A stretch of 18,918 nucleotides of DNA from positions 1 to 18,918 of the IMG/VR virus record IMGVR_UViG_2695420617_000013, one strand, 5' to 3'. A program made the position numbers and the translations under genes. This document shows, piece by piece, positions 1-8,628 of this stretch. The notes beneath the pieces are model-generated. The model ran no database searches and was not told the DNA's origin. It worked only from the letters and a program-made list of their open reading frames with translations. Position 1 is the first letter of the stretch. Every line of letters starts with the position of its first letter. The stretch is from a virus. Lineage: Duplodnaviria; Heunggongvirae; Uroviricota; Caudoviricetes.

Positions 1-1028
<1,028 letters not shown>

Positions 1029-1141
1029 GGATATTTATCAGGATTTATCGGCTTCAAATCCCCGGATATGTTAAATCTTACCTCACCAGTGATGGGCACT
1101 GGCGGGAGGAGGATGTCAATCTGATAAACACAGAGGCGACT

Positions 1142-1402
1142 ATGGATTACACAAATCTACCAAAACAAACTTTTGCTGATTTAATCGCACTCAGGCAAGC
1201 AGTCGTAGCTCTAATCAACTTGTTGCCGGAGAAGGAAAAGGAATTAGTTAAAGCGCTTCTTAACAGAACTGCCGCCGATTTTTCATCATATCCACTGACA
1301 GATGACCTTGCGGACCTTCCTGAATTAATTGCAGCGTCCGCCAATAAGCTTACTGAAGAGATTTACCCTCCTCAAAAATCTTCACAAAATTCCTGCGAGT
1401 AA
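1142..1402 (+). CDS. Hypothetical small acidic protein (86 aa), convergent with the lysis operon
   Basis: ATG preceded by GAGG at about 6-nt spacing (acagaggcgactATG). Followed 20 nt downstream by a strong intrinsic terminator on the same strand. No recognisable domain. Its 3' end overlaps the 3' end of the minus-strand ORF 1350..1901. Confidence 0.35.
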   Translation: MDYTNLPKQTFADLIALRQAVVALINLLPEKEKELVKALLNRTAADFSSYPLTDDLADLPELIAASANKLTEEIYPPQKSSQNSCE

Positions 1403-1901
1403 CTTCAATGCAATAATCGTAAAACGCCGCAAACTGCTCATCGCGGCGTTTTTTTTCATCTTCAGAAGGAATCAGCACCGACAATTTTTTATTCAGATCA
1501 GCGACGCTGCTCTCCAGTTTTTCAATGGGCGATTCAATATCATCTTTTTCTGACCGCAATGCCGTCGGTGGCGTCTTCAGAGAACCTGTAATTCTTCCCG
1601 GTAGCTTTCCTTTGTAGGTTATCCACACATTCTGCGCCTCTAAAATTACCGGGCGCTTTTCCGGCGACAGCTCATCTCCTTCACATAACCCGGCAGCAAC
1701 ATCCAGGAAGAACTGTCTGATGCTCCTTCTCGCTGCTGCCTCATAAAACTCCAGCGCGGCACCTTCAACACGGTCCAGCGAGATGTCCAGGTCAAAAATT
1801 TCACCGTCAAAGCGTTTTTTGTCCCGTAAGGCTACAGTTACCGCCACTTTATTCTCAAAATTGCGGACTCCTTTCACAACCAGTTCATAGTCTTGTGTCA
1901 T
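1350..1901 (-). CDS. Hypothetical protein encoded between holin and endolysin (YdfR-like position), 183 aa from the ATG at 1901
   Basis: Long ORF in the same orientation as the lysis genes. ATG at 1901 lies 5 nt after the holin stop; the ORF-track start at 1922 is TTG. No domain recognised. The position corresponds to ydfR between essQ and rrrQ in Qin, but this ORF is longer. Its 3' end overlaps the plus-strand terminator and the 86-aa ORF, so its true extent is uncertain. Confidence 0.5.
   Translation of the reverse strand: MTQDYELVVKGVRNFENKVAVTVALRDKKRFDGEIFDLDISLDRVEGAALEFYEAAARRSIRQFFLDVAAGLCEGDELSPEKRPVILEAQNVWITYKGKLPGRITGSLKTPPTALRSEKDDIESPIEKLESSVADLNKKLSVLIPSEDEKKRRDEQFAAFYDYCIEVTRRNFVKIFEEGKSLQ
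1423..1458 (+). terminator. Rho-independent terminator (GC stem cgccgc/gcggcg followed by T8)
   Basis: aacgccgc-aaactgctcatc-gcggcgtt followed by tttttttt, directly after the stop of the 1142..1402 ORF. On the minus strand the hairpin is followed by only a short U-tract, so it would be weak in the late direction. Confidence 0.55.
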
Positions 1902-1905
1902 TGGA

Positions 1906-2121
1906 TTACTCTCTTCTCGCAACCTTACGCCTGTCTTCTTTAATCTTGAAATAAAGGTTTGTCAGATACGTCAGCAGGCCAAAAACCAGACTACCCAGCA
2001 CACCGATTGCAGCCCACTGTGACGGAGTTACTTTATCGAGTAACTGCAATGCCCAGAAACCAGCATTACCAGCCGATGTGCCATAGGCGATACCTGTTGT
2101 TAACTTATCCATTGATTTCAT
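1906..2121 (-). CDS. essQ: Class II pinholin, S21-like, with dual-start motif (71 aa)
   Basis: [26 protein letters not shown]...[17 protein letters not shown] closely resembles phage 21 S / E. coli Ess holins. Two in-frame ATGs (M1 and M4) give the classic antiholin/holin dual start; two TM segments and a charged C-terminus. Confidence 0.85.
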   Translation of the reverse strand: MKSMDKLTTGIAYGTSAGNAGFWALQLLDKVTPSQWAAIGVLGSLVFGLLTYLTNLYFKIKEDRRKVARRE

Positions 2122-2288
2122 ATCCTCACCCCGATGTACACAGATGGTGCAATATGTTTGAAAAGATCGGAGTCTATGGGTTAGTTTTTATAGCAAACGT
2201 TGTTCTCAACGGCGCTAAAAAACAGACACATTAAAAATGTGGGTAATTATTTTAAATGAAAATCATATATTAAATAATAATACGAGAT

Positions 2289-2510
2289 ATGTTTTCATAT
2301 TTAGTGTACTGTATACGGCTATTTATACAGGAAAAGCCTATGTCAGAACGTAAAGACTCAAAATCACGCCGTAATTATCTCGTTAAATGTTCCTGCCCAA
2401 ACTGCACCCAAGAGTCAGAACACAGTTTTTCAAGAGTACAAAAAGGTGCCCTTTTGATCTGCCCTCATTGCAACAAAGTATTCCAGACAAATCTTAAAGC
2501 TGTAGCTTGA
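2289..2510 (+). CDS. ydfK: Small Cys4 zinc-ribbon protein, YdfK/YnaE-like
   Basis: CSCPNC...CPHCNK four-Cys motif in a small basic protein. Two candidate ATG starts (2289; 2340 with an AGGA-like RBS). Followed by a bidirectional terminator at 2571-2595. Sits in the csp cluster of the prophage late region as in Qin/Rac. Confidence 0.55.
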   Translation: MFSYLVYCIRLFIQEKPMSERKDSKSRRNYLVKCSCPNCTQESEHSFSRVQKGALLICPHCNKVFQTNLKAVA

Positions 2511-2570
2511 TTGATTTTATTCGTAACAAGTATTTTTTATATTTTAATAACATATTTAAAGCAGATAATA

Positions 2571-2595
2571 AAAAACCCGCCTGAGCGGGTTTAAT
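2571..2595. terminator. Bidirectional intrinsic terminator (aaacccgc-ctga-gcgggttt)
   Basis: Perfect GC-rich hairpin flanked by an A-run upstream and a T-run downstream, so it can terminate both ydfK-like (+) and cspB (-) transcripts. Confidence 0.6.
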
Positions 2596-2873
2596 ATTGT
2601 GGTGCTTTTTGTGGGAGTCATCCACTTACGCACTTTGTTTTGCTATGCCAGCAGTTAGCTTCTGCTGTAAAACTATTCATGCAGCAAACCTGCACTTCAC
2701 CACAATGGTTAGCATACTTTTCCTGATTAAGTTATTGCCAAATATGCTGGCCATTGTTTCATGTATTGGACCTCCTTACTATTTATTAAAGAGATCCAAT
2801 ATTCACCACTCTGTCTGTATCTCCACTCAGGCATCAGCCTTCTTCGTTATCGTATACAGACAAACTATGAATT

Positions 2874-3089
2874 TTAATCAGTAATTATGACATTTGCTGC
2901 TGCAGGACCTTTAGCACCACTCTCTACAGAGAAGGTAACCTTTTGACCTTCAAATAAGGTTCGAAAATTATCATTCTGAATCGCAGAAAAATGCACAAAC
3001 ACATCTTTACTACCATCAACAGGAGAAATAAAGCCAAAACCTTTATCAGCGTTAAACCATTTTACTAAACCAGTCATTTTATTTGACAT
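2874..3089 (-). CDS. cspB: Cold-shock protein CspB (CspA family), 71 aa
   Basis: [38 protein letters not shown]... with RNP1/RNP2 motifs (KGFGFI, VFVHF); near-identical to E. coli CspB as recalled. Long AT-rich upstream region typical of cold-shock 5' UTRs. Confidence 0.9.
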   Translation of the reverse strand: MSNKMTGLVKWFNADKGFGFISPVDGSKDVFVHFSAIQNDNFRTLFEGQKVTFSVESGAKGPAAANVIITD

Positions 3090-3389
3090 TCTACATTCCT
3101 TAACTTGAGCCTTTCGGCATAAATGGCTTGTATAACAGAAACGACTTCGTACTTAATTGGAGAGACTCAAAGAAGGAATAAGTGAATAACACCTGAAATG
3201 AGAACTGCTTTAGTAAACTACTTCGTATATCGTCTGTTCTTCAAACCGACGCAATCATTAACGCATAGTTGAACATATGAAGCAATGTTTATTTTAGACA
3301 TCCAGCCATCTTCAACCCCATCAAAAAACTATAGCTTTCTTCAGGAAGGTGTGTATAGTGCGCCCAGTTATCAGTATTAAGGAATTTTT

Positions 3390-3602
3390 TTGTCCCGTAA
3401 AATGACAGGAATTGTCAAAACCTTTGACGGCAAAAGCGGCAAGGGTCTTATCACCCCATCCGATGGTCGTATCGATGTCCAGCTTCATGTTTCAGCGCTC
3501 AATCTCCGCGATGCAGAAGAAATTGCCACCGGATTACGCGTGGAATTTTGCCGGATAAATGGTCTGCGTGGCCCTTCAGCTGCCAATGTTTACCTTTCAT
3601 GA
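3390..3602 (+). CDS. cspF: Cold-shock-like protein CspF/CspH family, 70 aa
   Basis: [36 protein letters not shown]...[19 protein letters not shown] matches the CspF/CspH subfamily. TTG start as given in the ORF track. Divergent from cspB. Confidence 0.85.
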   Translation: MSRKMTGIVKTFDGKSGKGLITPSDGRIDVQLHVSALNLRDAEEIATGLRVEFCRINGLRGPSAANVYLS

Positions 3603-3895
3603 GCTATATTAAAGCTTTAATTTCAGGCCCCATCGAATCAAACATGGAGAGTTTTCATGGATAACCCCGTCTGTCTTGATGACTGGTTGATTGGCTTTAA
3701 AAGCTTATGCTGTACTTTGACCGTAATAGCTCTGCTAATAATGTAATAAGCAGACTCATTGTATCTAGGGACATTGTACTGGAAGAAAACATTTTAAACA
3801 TCAGGCAGAAAACAAAGTCACCCGATAAATAATAAGTAAACAAACATGAATCCCGAAATGAGATTCAACATCTCTATTACCCTATTTAAAGCACA

Positions 3896-3928
3896 AAAAC
3901 CCGCTCATCAGCGGGTTTTCTACTTTTT
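3896..3928. terminator. Intrinsic terminator hairpin (acccgct-catc-agcgggt) with flanking A/T runs; candidate tR-prime of the late leader
   Basis: 7-bp GC-rich stem, 4-nt loop, T-rich tract on the plus side and a shorter T tract on the minus side. Located about 100 nt downstream of the Q stop on the minus strand. Confidence 0.55.
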
Positions 3929-3931
3929 CTT

Positions 3932-4024
3932 AACGTCGGGTATACAAAGCCCATTGTTGAAAACACTTTATCCATATTTTTTGAAAAATGCAAGCATTAC
4001 GTCGCCATCTTCGGCGAAAATCAT
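3932..4024 (-). promoter_or_regulatory. Candidate late promoter (pR-prime-like) and qut region immediately downstream of Q
   Basis: On the minus strand: TTGCAT, 17-nt spacer, TAAAGT, followed about 50 nt later by the terminator hairpin. This position and architecture mirror lambda pR-prime/qut/tR-prime. Inference only. Confidence 0.3.
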
Positions 4025-4777
4025 TTATCTCGTCACTTTTCTTAATTGCACCTCAGCATATGCTTCTTCCTGCCAGCACTTTGTAACCAGTTTATCAATG
4101 ACATCTGCATATCCTGTGTACCACTGATAATCAGTCAGGGCTGGTACCAGCTTCTGGACATGACACCGCGCCAGTGTCGTTGGTAAACGACTAAACCGGT
4201 TTCCATTGCAACGCCCACAAATCTTATAAACAGGCGCGCCATGAAGCCGGGTCCTTTTTTCATCCAGGACAATACCTTTACCCTTACACCCTCTGCACGC
4301 TGTGCTGACTTCTCCCTTACCATGGCAATGCTGACATAGTTCCTTCACCCACTCTTCCTTGATAACAGATTCCCCGCTTCTGGAGTGTTTCACCACTTCG
4401 CGCAATACATTATGAAATCCAGTACCTGCACAATGCTCACAGCGAGCCTTACTTGCCGCAGACCTGGAATAATCAGCAAAGGCAAAATTCACAAGGTAAG
4501 GGATGATCTGTAACCGGATTTCTTCACTCAATTTATTCAATGTCGGGTTATCCAGTGCCATCGCGTAATTGAGCAGACCTTCAATCGCAAACTGAGGATC
4601 CTGAACACCAACTTTTGCCAGGAATAAGGCAAAACCCAGTGGTGCTTTCGACTGCACCATCCCCTGCGCAGCCATCACATCCGTAATCGTTAAACCACCC
4701 GAGCCTGTCGCCGGTGCGTCATCACTCAATTTTGGAGATTTTGGGGAGTAATATTTTGGTAAGGCTTCAAGGTTCAT
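4025..4777 (-). CDS. quuQ: Late-gene antitermination protein Q (250 aa from the ATG at 4777)
   Basis: Cys-rich zinc-binding region (CQHCHGKG...CRGCKGKG...CGRCNGNRF), with the position upstream of the late promoter and lysis genes. ATG at 4777 with GGAG RBS; the ORF-track start at 4819 is GTG. Confidence 0.8.
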   Translation of the reverse strand: MNLEALPKYYSPKSPKLSDDAPATGSGGLTITDVMAAQGMVQSKAPLGFALFLAKVGVQDPQFAIEGLLNYAMALDNPTLNKLSEEIRLQIIPYLVNFAFADYSRSAASKARCEHCAGTGFHNVLREVVKHSRSGESVIKEEWVKELCQHCHGKGEVSTACRGCKGKGIVLDEKRTRLHGAPVYKICGRCNGNRFSRLPTTLARCHVQKLVPALTDYQWYTGYADVIDKLVTKCWQEEAYAEVQLRKVTR

Positions 4778-4790
4778 GCTCGTTCTCCAC

Positions 4791-5786
4791 TTACGCCAGT
4801 ACGCCTGTTGCCAGCGCACGATCGATAAAACGAAATATCAGCTCCAGCTGGGAGCCATACTTCTCTTCAAATGCCACGGTATCCGCATGCAGCTCGTCGT
4901 GATGCTTTCTGCACAAAGGCAACACAAAGAGGTCATGCGCTTTTGTTCCCATTCCACCCTGACCGTGACCTATCAGGTGGTGGGGATCATCAGCAGGCTT
5001 TCCACAACATGCACACGGCTGTGTCTTAACCCAGCGCGTGTACTTTTCATTAACCCAGCGGCGACGTTTTGGGCGTAACATAAAAGACTCCGGCGACTCC
5101 GGATCCACTTTCAGCGCCAGCACCTTTTTTGCCTTATCCTGGATGATGCTGGTGGCAGGAACCGAAGGCACAAGGTCACTTTCCCGGGTGACAGACGGCA
5201 CAACAGGCTTTGGTAATCTCAGTGCCTTACGGGCTGCACTTTCCGGTAAGGCATCCGCCAGGTCATTACGAATCAGCCACCAGCACAGTTCCGGCATTGT
5301 CACAACGTGACTATCATCAAAACCGAGATCCCGACGCACAACAGACAACACCCAGCGGGCACAGTTATCCGTTGCCATTGATTCCAGCCGTTCCGTGAAC
5401 TGATCGCGCAGCTGGTTATCGCAGTGCCAGCACAGACGGATTGCGCCCGTAGCGTGTCGCATTGTTGTCATATTCTCGCTGTGCCAGTCGGAATGAGGCC
5501 ACTGGCAGCCTTTTTCACGAAGTAACCAGCTTTCAAGACATTCCACGCCACCAGCACGACGGATCACTGCCTCATTGCGGAACACGGCCCGAACGGCAGG
5601 ATCATCCGCCAGCGGTTGTGATGCCGCCGGAACGGCACCACTGGCGAAAGATGAATAACGTTCCGGCTCAGGCTCCAGCAGGACACGCCCCTGCATAAAC
5701 AAGGGCATCAGCTCTGAACCTGGTCTGAACAATACGATCCCCATACGCGGGGCAATTTCAGGGGTCAGTAGTGCTCTCACGGTCAC
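4791..5786 (-). CDS. ydfU: DUF968-family phage protein with C-terminal HNH-like Cys/His motif (YdfU-like)
   Basis: C-terminal PCACCGKPADDPHHLIGHGQGG...LCRKHHDELH zinc/HNH-like motif. Sits immediately upstream of Q as ydfU does in Qin. Start codon uncertain (GTG at 5786 or ATG at 5744). Confidence 0.65.
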   Translation of the reverse strand: MTVRALLTPEIAPRMGIVLFRPGSELMPLFMQGRVLLEPEPERYSSFASGAVPAASQPLADDPAVRAVFRNEAVIRRAGGVECLESWLLREKGCQWPHSDWHSENMTTMRHATGAIRLCWHCDNQLRDQFTERLESMATDNCARWVLSVVRRDLGFDDSHVVTMPELCWWLIRNDLADALPESAARKALRLPKPVVPSVTRESDLVPSVPATSIIQDKAKKVLALKVDPESPESFMLRPKRRRWVNEKYTRWVKTQPCACCGKPADDPHHLIGHGQGGMGTKAHDLFVLPLCRKHHDELHADTVAFEEKYGSQLELIFRFIDRALATGVLA

Positions 5787-5787
5787 C

Positions 5788-6603
5788 TCAATGAACGGTA
5801 TCGAGCAGCTTTAACAGCTCAGGGAATCGGGATTCGAAGAAATGCGGCTGCGTCTCGCGCGGATTTGCAGGACTGGTGATGTTCTTGCCGAACATGCAGC
5901 CTTTCGCGGTCAGCGACCAGAATTTTTTGATGTTGTTAATCGCGGTACGACTGTATCGTTCGCGTTGTTCAACGATCCCCAGCTTCGCCATCTGGTGATA
6001 TGCCTGATTAGCCGTCAGGCGGATACCATACTGCTTCAGCAGTGCACTCAGCGACAGCGTAGGGCGGCTTGAACCATCTGGCGCATCAGCAGGTGCATCA
6101 ATGGCATAGATCGGCATAAGTTCAGGAAGACCAGCTACCTTTGATAATTTCTGGTATGCACCAAGTTTCGAGGAGTTTGACAGATTTAGAGTCTTTGCTG
6201 CTGATTCAAGCAGAATGACCCCGGATTTAATTTTGTCGGATGTGGTTTCTTCTGGTGATGAATTATGAAGCGCATCAAAAGTACGTATCACTTTTAAGCT
6301 GAATGCCGGGCTGATCCACATTGCATATGCATAGACCAGCTCTTTACAGACATACGTCCCACCATTGCGCCCCTGAATGGTGATGACAGGAATACTACGG
6401 GAATCTCCCGTAGTTTCTTCTTCCAATAATTCCACAAGAGCCTTCGTTTCAGGACGACGCATAAACTCGTGAACTTCCAGCGAACGGGAGGAGCGATTCT
6501 CACCAGCGGCAAGAAGAGCAGCTTTCTGAAGGTCGTTAAGACAGTAGTTAGATTCGAAGTACTGGCGCACAGAAACGCCATCAATTACAAGCAACTGATT
6601 CAT
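5788..6603 (-). CDS. KilA-N domain protein (Roi/antirepressor-like DNA-binding protein)
   Basis: N-terminal region ...IQGRNGGTYVCKELVYAYAMWISPAFSLKVIRTFDAL matches the KilA-N/APSES-type domain signature. ATG at 6603 with GGAG RBS. Confidence 0.65.
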   Translation of the reverse strand: MNQLLVIDGVSVRQYFESNYCLNDLQKAALLAAGENRSSRSLEVHEFMRRPETKALVELLEEETTGDSRSIPVITIQGRNGGTYVCKELVYAYAMWISPAFSLKVIRTFDALHNSSPEETTSDKIKSGVILLESAAKTLNLSNSSKLGAYQKLSKVAGLPELMPIYAIDAPADAPDGSSRPTLSLSALLKQYGIRLTANQAYHQMAKLGIVEQRERYSRTAINNIKKFWSLTAKGCMFGKNITSPANPRETQPHFFESRFPELLKLLDTVH

Positions 6604-6765
6604 TGGTTTCTCCACAAATTTTTATCCACGAGCGGGACTGCACTCCCTTTTCGTTGATGCAGGATGAACTTACTGCGATTTTTAATAGTTATCAAGGATA
6701 CACTGTTCATAAATACAGTATCTTTAACGAGGTAATACCCAAATTTAGGGTGTTGCTCAATTCCG

Positions 6766-7161
6766 TTACCGAGTTGCTAATTTGCAACTCGCTTTTTCGT
6801 ACTTACTGATAGTGATCTCGACCTTCCCCTCCGGGATAACCGGTCCCCACTCCACCAGCATTCTTTTCACCTGACTGTCGTCTTCCCACACCCCCGCGTG
6901 GGTCAGGGCGTCAAACAGCGCCTTGTTATAGTTGTCCAGATCGCGGATCCGGTTATCCGGAGGAAACAACACGATCTCCACTGAAGCAGGTGCCGACGTT
7001 GGTTTCGGCAGACGACGTAACTGCTCAACTATTGCTGCACACGCCGCGCTCTGGAATTTTCGCCCCGCCGCGCTTATCAGGCTCTTACCAGCAAACGCCC
7101 CTTTGTTGGGGTGTCGCCAGTACGTGTTCACGCTGGGCGGAAAAGGCAGGATCAGCTTCAT
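6766..7161 (-). CDS. rusA: Holliday junction resolvase RusA
   Basis: RDLDNYNKALFDALTHAGVWEDDSQV matches the conserved RusA catalytic-Asp region. Start overlaps the upstream gene stop (translational coupling). Confidence 0.85.
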   Translation of the reverse strand: MKLILPFPPSVNTYWRHPNKGAFAGKSLISAAGRKFQSAACAAIVEQLRRLPKPTSAPASVEIVLFPPDNRIRDLDNYNKALFDALTHAGVWEDDSQVKRMLVEWGPVIPEGKVEITISKYEKASCKLATR

Positions 7162-7484
7162 ACTTTCAGGCCTCTCTCATGTAACCAATGGGCTGCACGC
7201 AGCCTGGCGTTTTCCTCACCGGCAAGCAGTGAGCGGATAATCCCGACCGCCTCGCTGTCGTCGTCCTTCACCACGGTATGAAGCGTGATCCCCCGGGCCA
7301 CACCACGCTTTATCGTGATGACGCCTTTTTTCTCCAGTGCGCGAAGATGCTCCACCGCTGCATTCACTGAACGGTATCCCAGCATGGTTGCCACCTCCTG
7401 ATTGGTTGGCGGGAAGCCACGTTCTTTCTGATAAGAAATCAGCATATCCAGCACCTGCTGCTGGCATTGAGTTAACGTCGTCAT
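7158..7484 (-). CDS. LexA N-terminal DNA-binding-domain-only protein (108 aa), lacking the S24 peptidase domain
   Basis: LTQCQQQVLDMLISYQKERGFPPTNQEVATMLGYRSVNAAVEHLRALEKKGVITIKRGVARGITL aligns residue-for-residue with the LexA winged-helix DNA-binding domain ([55 protein letters not shown]). No Ser/Lys autoprotease domain follows. Confidence 0.7.
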   Translation of the reverse strand: MTTLTQCQQQVLDMLISYQKERGFPPTNQEVATMLGYRSVNAAVEHLRALEKKGVITIKRGVARGITLHTVVKDDDSEAVGIIRSLLAGEENARLRAAHWLHERGLKV

Positions 7485-8134
7485 GCCGCCATCTCCCTGA
7501 CCAGTTTTTCCGCCTGCTGGCGAACCTGCGCCAGAAACACCTCACCACATGCCTCAAGTTCATCGCGCCCGATGTAGCTGATTGCCGGTCCCTTCCAGGT
7601 CTTGTCGAAAACAGCAATAGCACCAGCGAAGAAAGCGCCTGTCGGCACCTGCTTCTCATCCTTCGGGATAAACCAGGCAGGCAGTTCAAAACCAATACGC
7701 CCGCGAATAAAAGCAATATGATCTGCATCTTCCGGCCACCACACTTCGCTGGTGGCAGCTTTGATCAGGAAAACATAGCGCCCGCCTTTATCACGCATGG
7801 CACTGGCATGCTTCATGATGTAACGCATGCCGGTGATGTATTGCCCCTCATGCTGACTGGCGCGGCTGTATGGGGGATTACCAAAGGCAGCACCTTTAAG
7901 CTCCGCAAGACGTTCTGACCAGTCATGCGCCAGCGCGTTGTCTTCCGCCGTGTAATACGCGGCACATTTGGCGTTATCACCGTCAGTGAACAGATCCAGA
8001 ACAAACGGACCAAACAGGGTGTTAATTCCCCAGAAAATGTTATCCGGCGTGCGCCACTGATCGCCCACGTCCTTCAGTTCATGGGCTGGTTTGTTCCGCA
8101 GTTCCACCAGCGCCCGGCAATATTTATTACTCAT
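7481..8134 (-). CDS. Phage N6-adenine DNA methyltransferase (Dam-like)
   Basis: NPPY motif (AFGNPPYS) characteristic of N6-adenine methyltransferases. ATG at 8134 overlaps the upstream stop. Typical nin-region phage Dam. Confidence 0.8.
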   Translation of the reverse strand: MSNKYCRALVELRNKPAHELKDVGDQWRTPDNIFWGINTLFGPFVLDLFTDGDNAKCAAYYTAEDNALAHDWSERLAELKGAAFGNPPYSRASQHEGQYITGMRYIMKHASAMRDKGGRYVFLIKAATSEVWWPEDADHIAFIRGRIGFELPAWFIPKDEKQVPTGAFFAGAIAVFDKTWKGPAISYIGRDELEACGEVFLAQVRQQAEKLVREMAA

Positions 8135-8628
8135 TAAGCCCCCACGTAATTCCCTGACAGATACCACTCTTCACCCGATGCAGCGCGCTTGCTGCTTTTC
8201 CGTAAGCACCGCTCACGACGTGCCAGAAAATTGTTTCGTTCTGGCTGGGAGTGGCTTTCACGGAATGCCGCCATCCACACGGTTGCAGCACGACGGTATA
8301 AGCCCCTTGACTCCAGTTCTTCAGCCTGGCGGGTCAGGCACAAAATCACCCGTGGATCGTTAGTGCCGACATAGAAATTGCGCACAGGTCTGGTTTCACG
8401 AACTGGTTGTGGTTCCGGCTCCTGCGCTCTCTCAGTCAGGCGCGGGAAATGTCTGCGTGTATCTCCTTCACAACGGTGAGCCACACGCCCACTCTGACGT
8501 AACTTGCTTGCTGACTGCAGAACGCGCTGCCGTGAGTAACCTGCAAAAGCATCCGCAATGTCTCCGGAAGTACACCCCGGATGGGCTTCAATGAATTTCT
8601 GAACTTCATTCAAAAGACTCATAATCAC
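8134..8628 (-). CDS. PerC-like transcriptional regulator with N-terminal extension
   Basis: C-terminal half (AEELESRGLYRRAATVWMAAF...ERNNFLARRERCL) resembles the PerC/Pch family signature found in enterobacterial prophages. The N-terminal 60 aa are unassigned. Confidence 0.4.
   Translation of the reverse strand: MIMSLLNEVQKFIEAHPGCTSGDIADAFAGYSRQRVLQSASKLRQSGRVAHRCEGDTRRHFPRLTERAQEPEPQPVRETRPVRNFYVGTNDPRVILCLTRQAEELESRGLYRRAATVWMAAFRESHSQPERNNFLARRERCLRKSSKRAASGEEWYLSGNYVGA

Noticed and set aside
2597-2884. ORF 2597..2884 (+), 95 aa
   Set aside because: TTG start, Cys-rich hydrophobic low-complexity translation, lies in the cspB 3' region between its stop and terminator; no RBS.
3846-4127. 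ORF 3846..4127 (+), 93 aa
   Set aside because: Spans the bidirectional terminator hairpin and runs antisense into the 3' end of Q; not credible as coding.
7216-7918. ORFs 7216..7728 (-) and 7337..7918 (+) overlapping the Dam methyltransferase and LexA-like gene
   Set aside because: Alternative-frame and antisense ORFs within confidently assigned genes; Arg/Ser/Gly-rich low-complexity translations.
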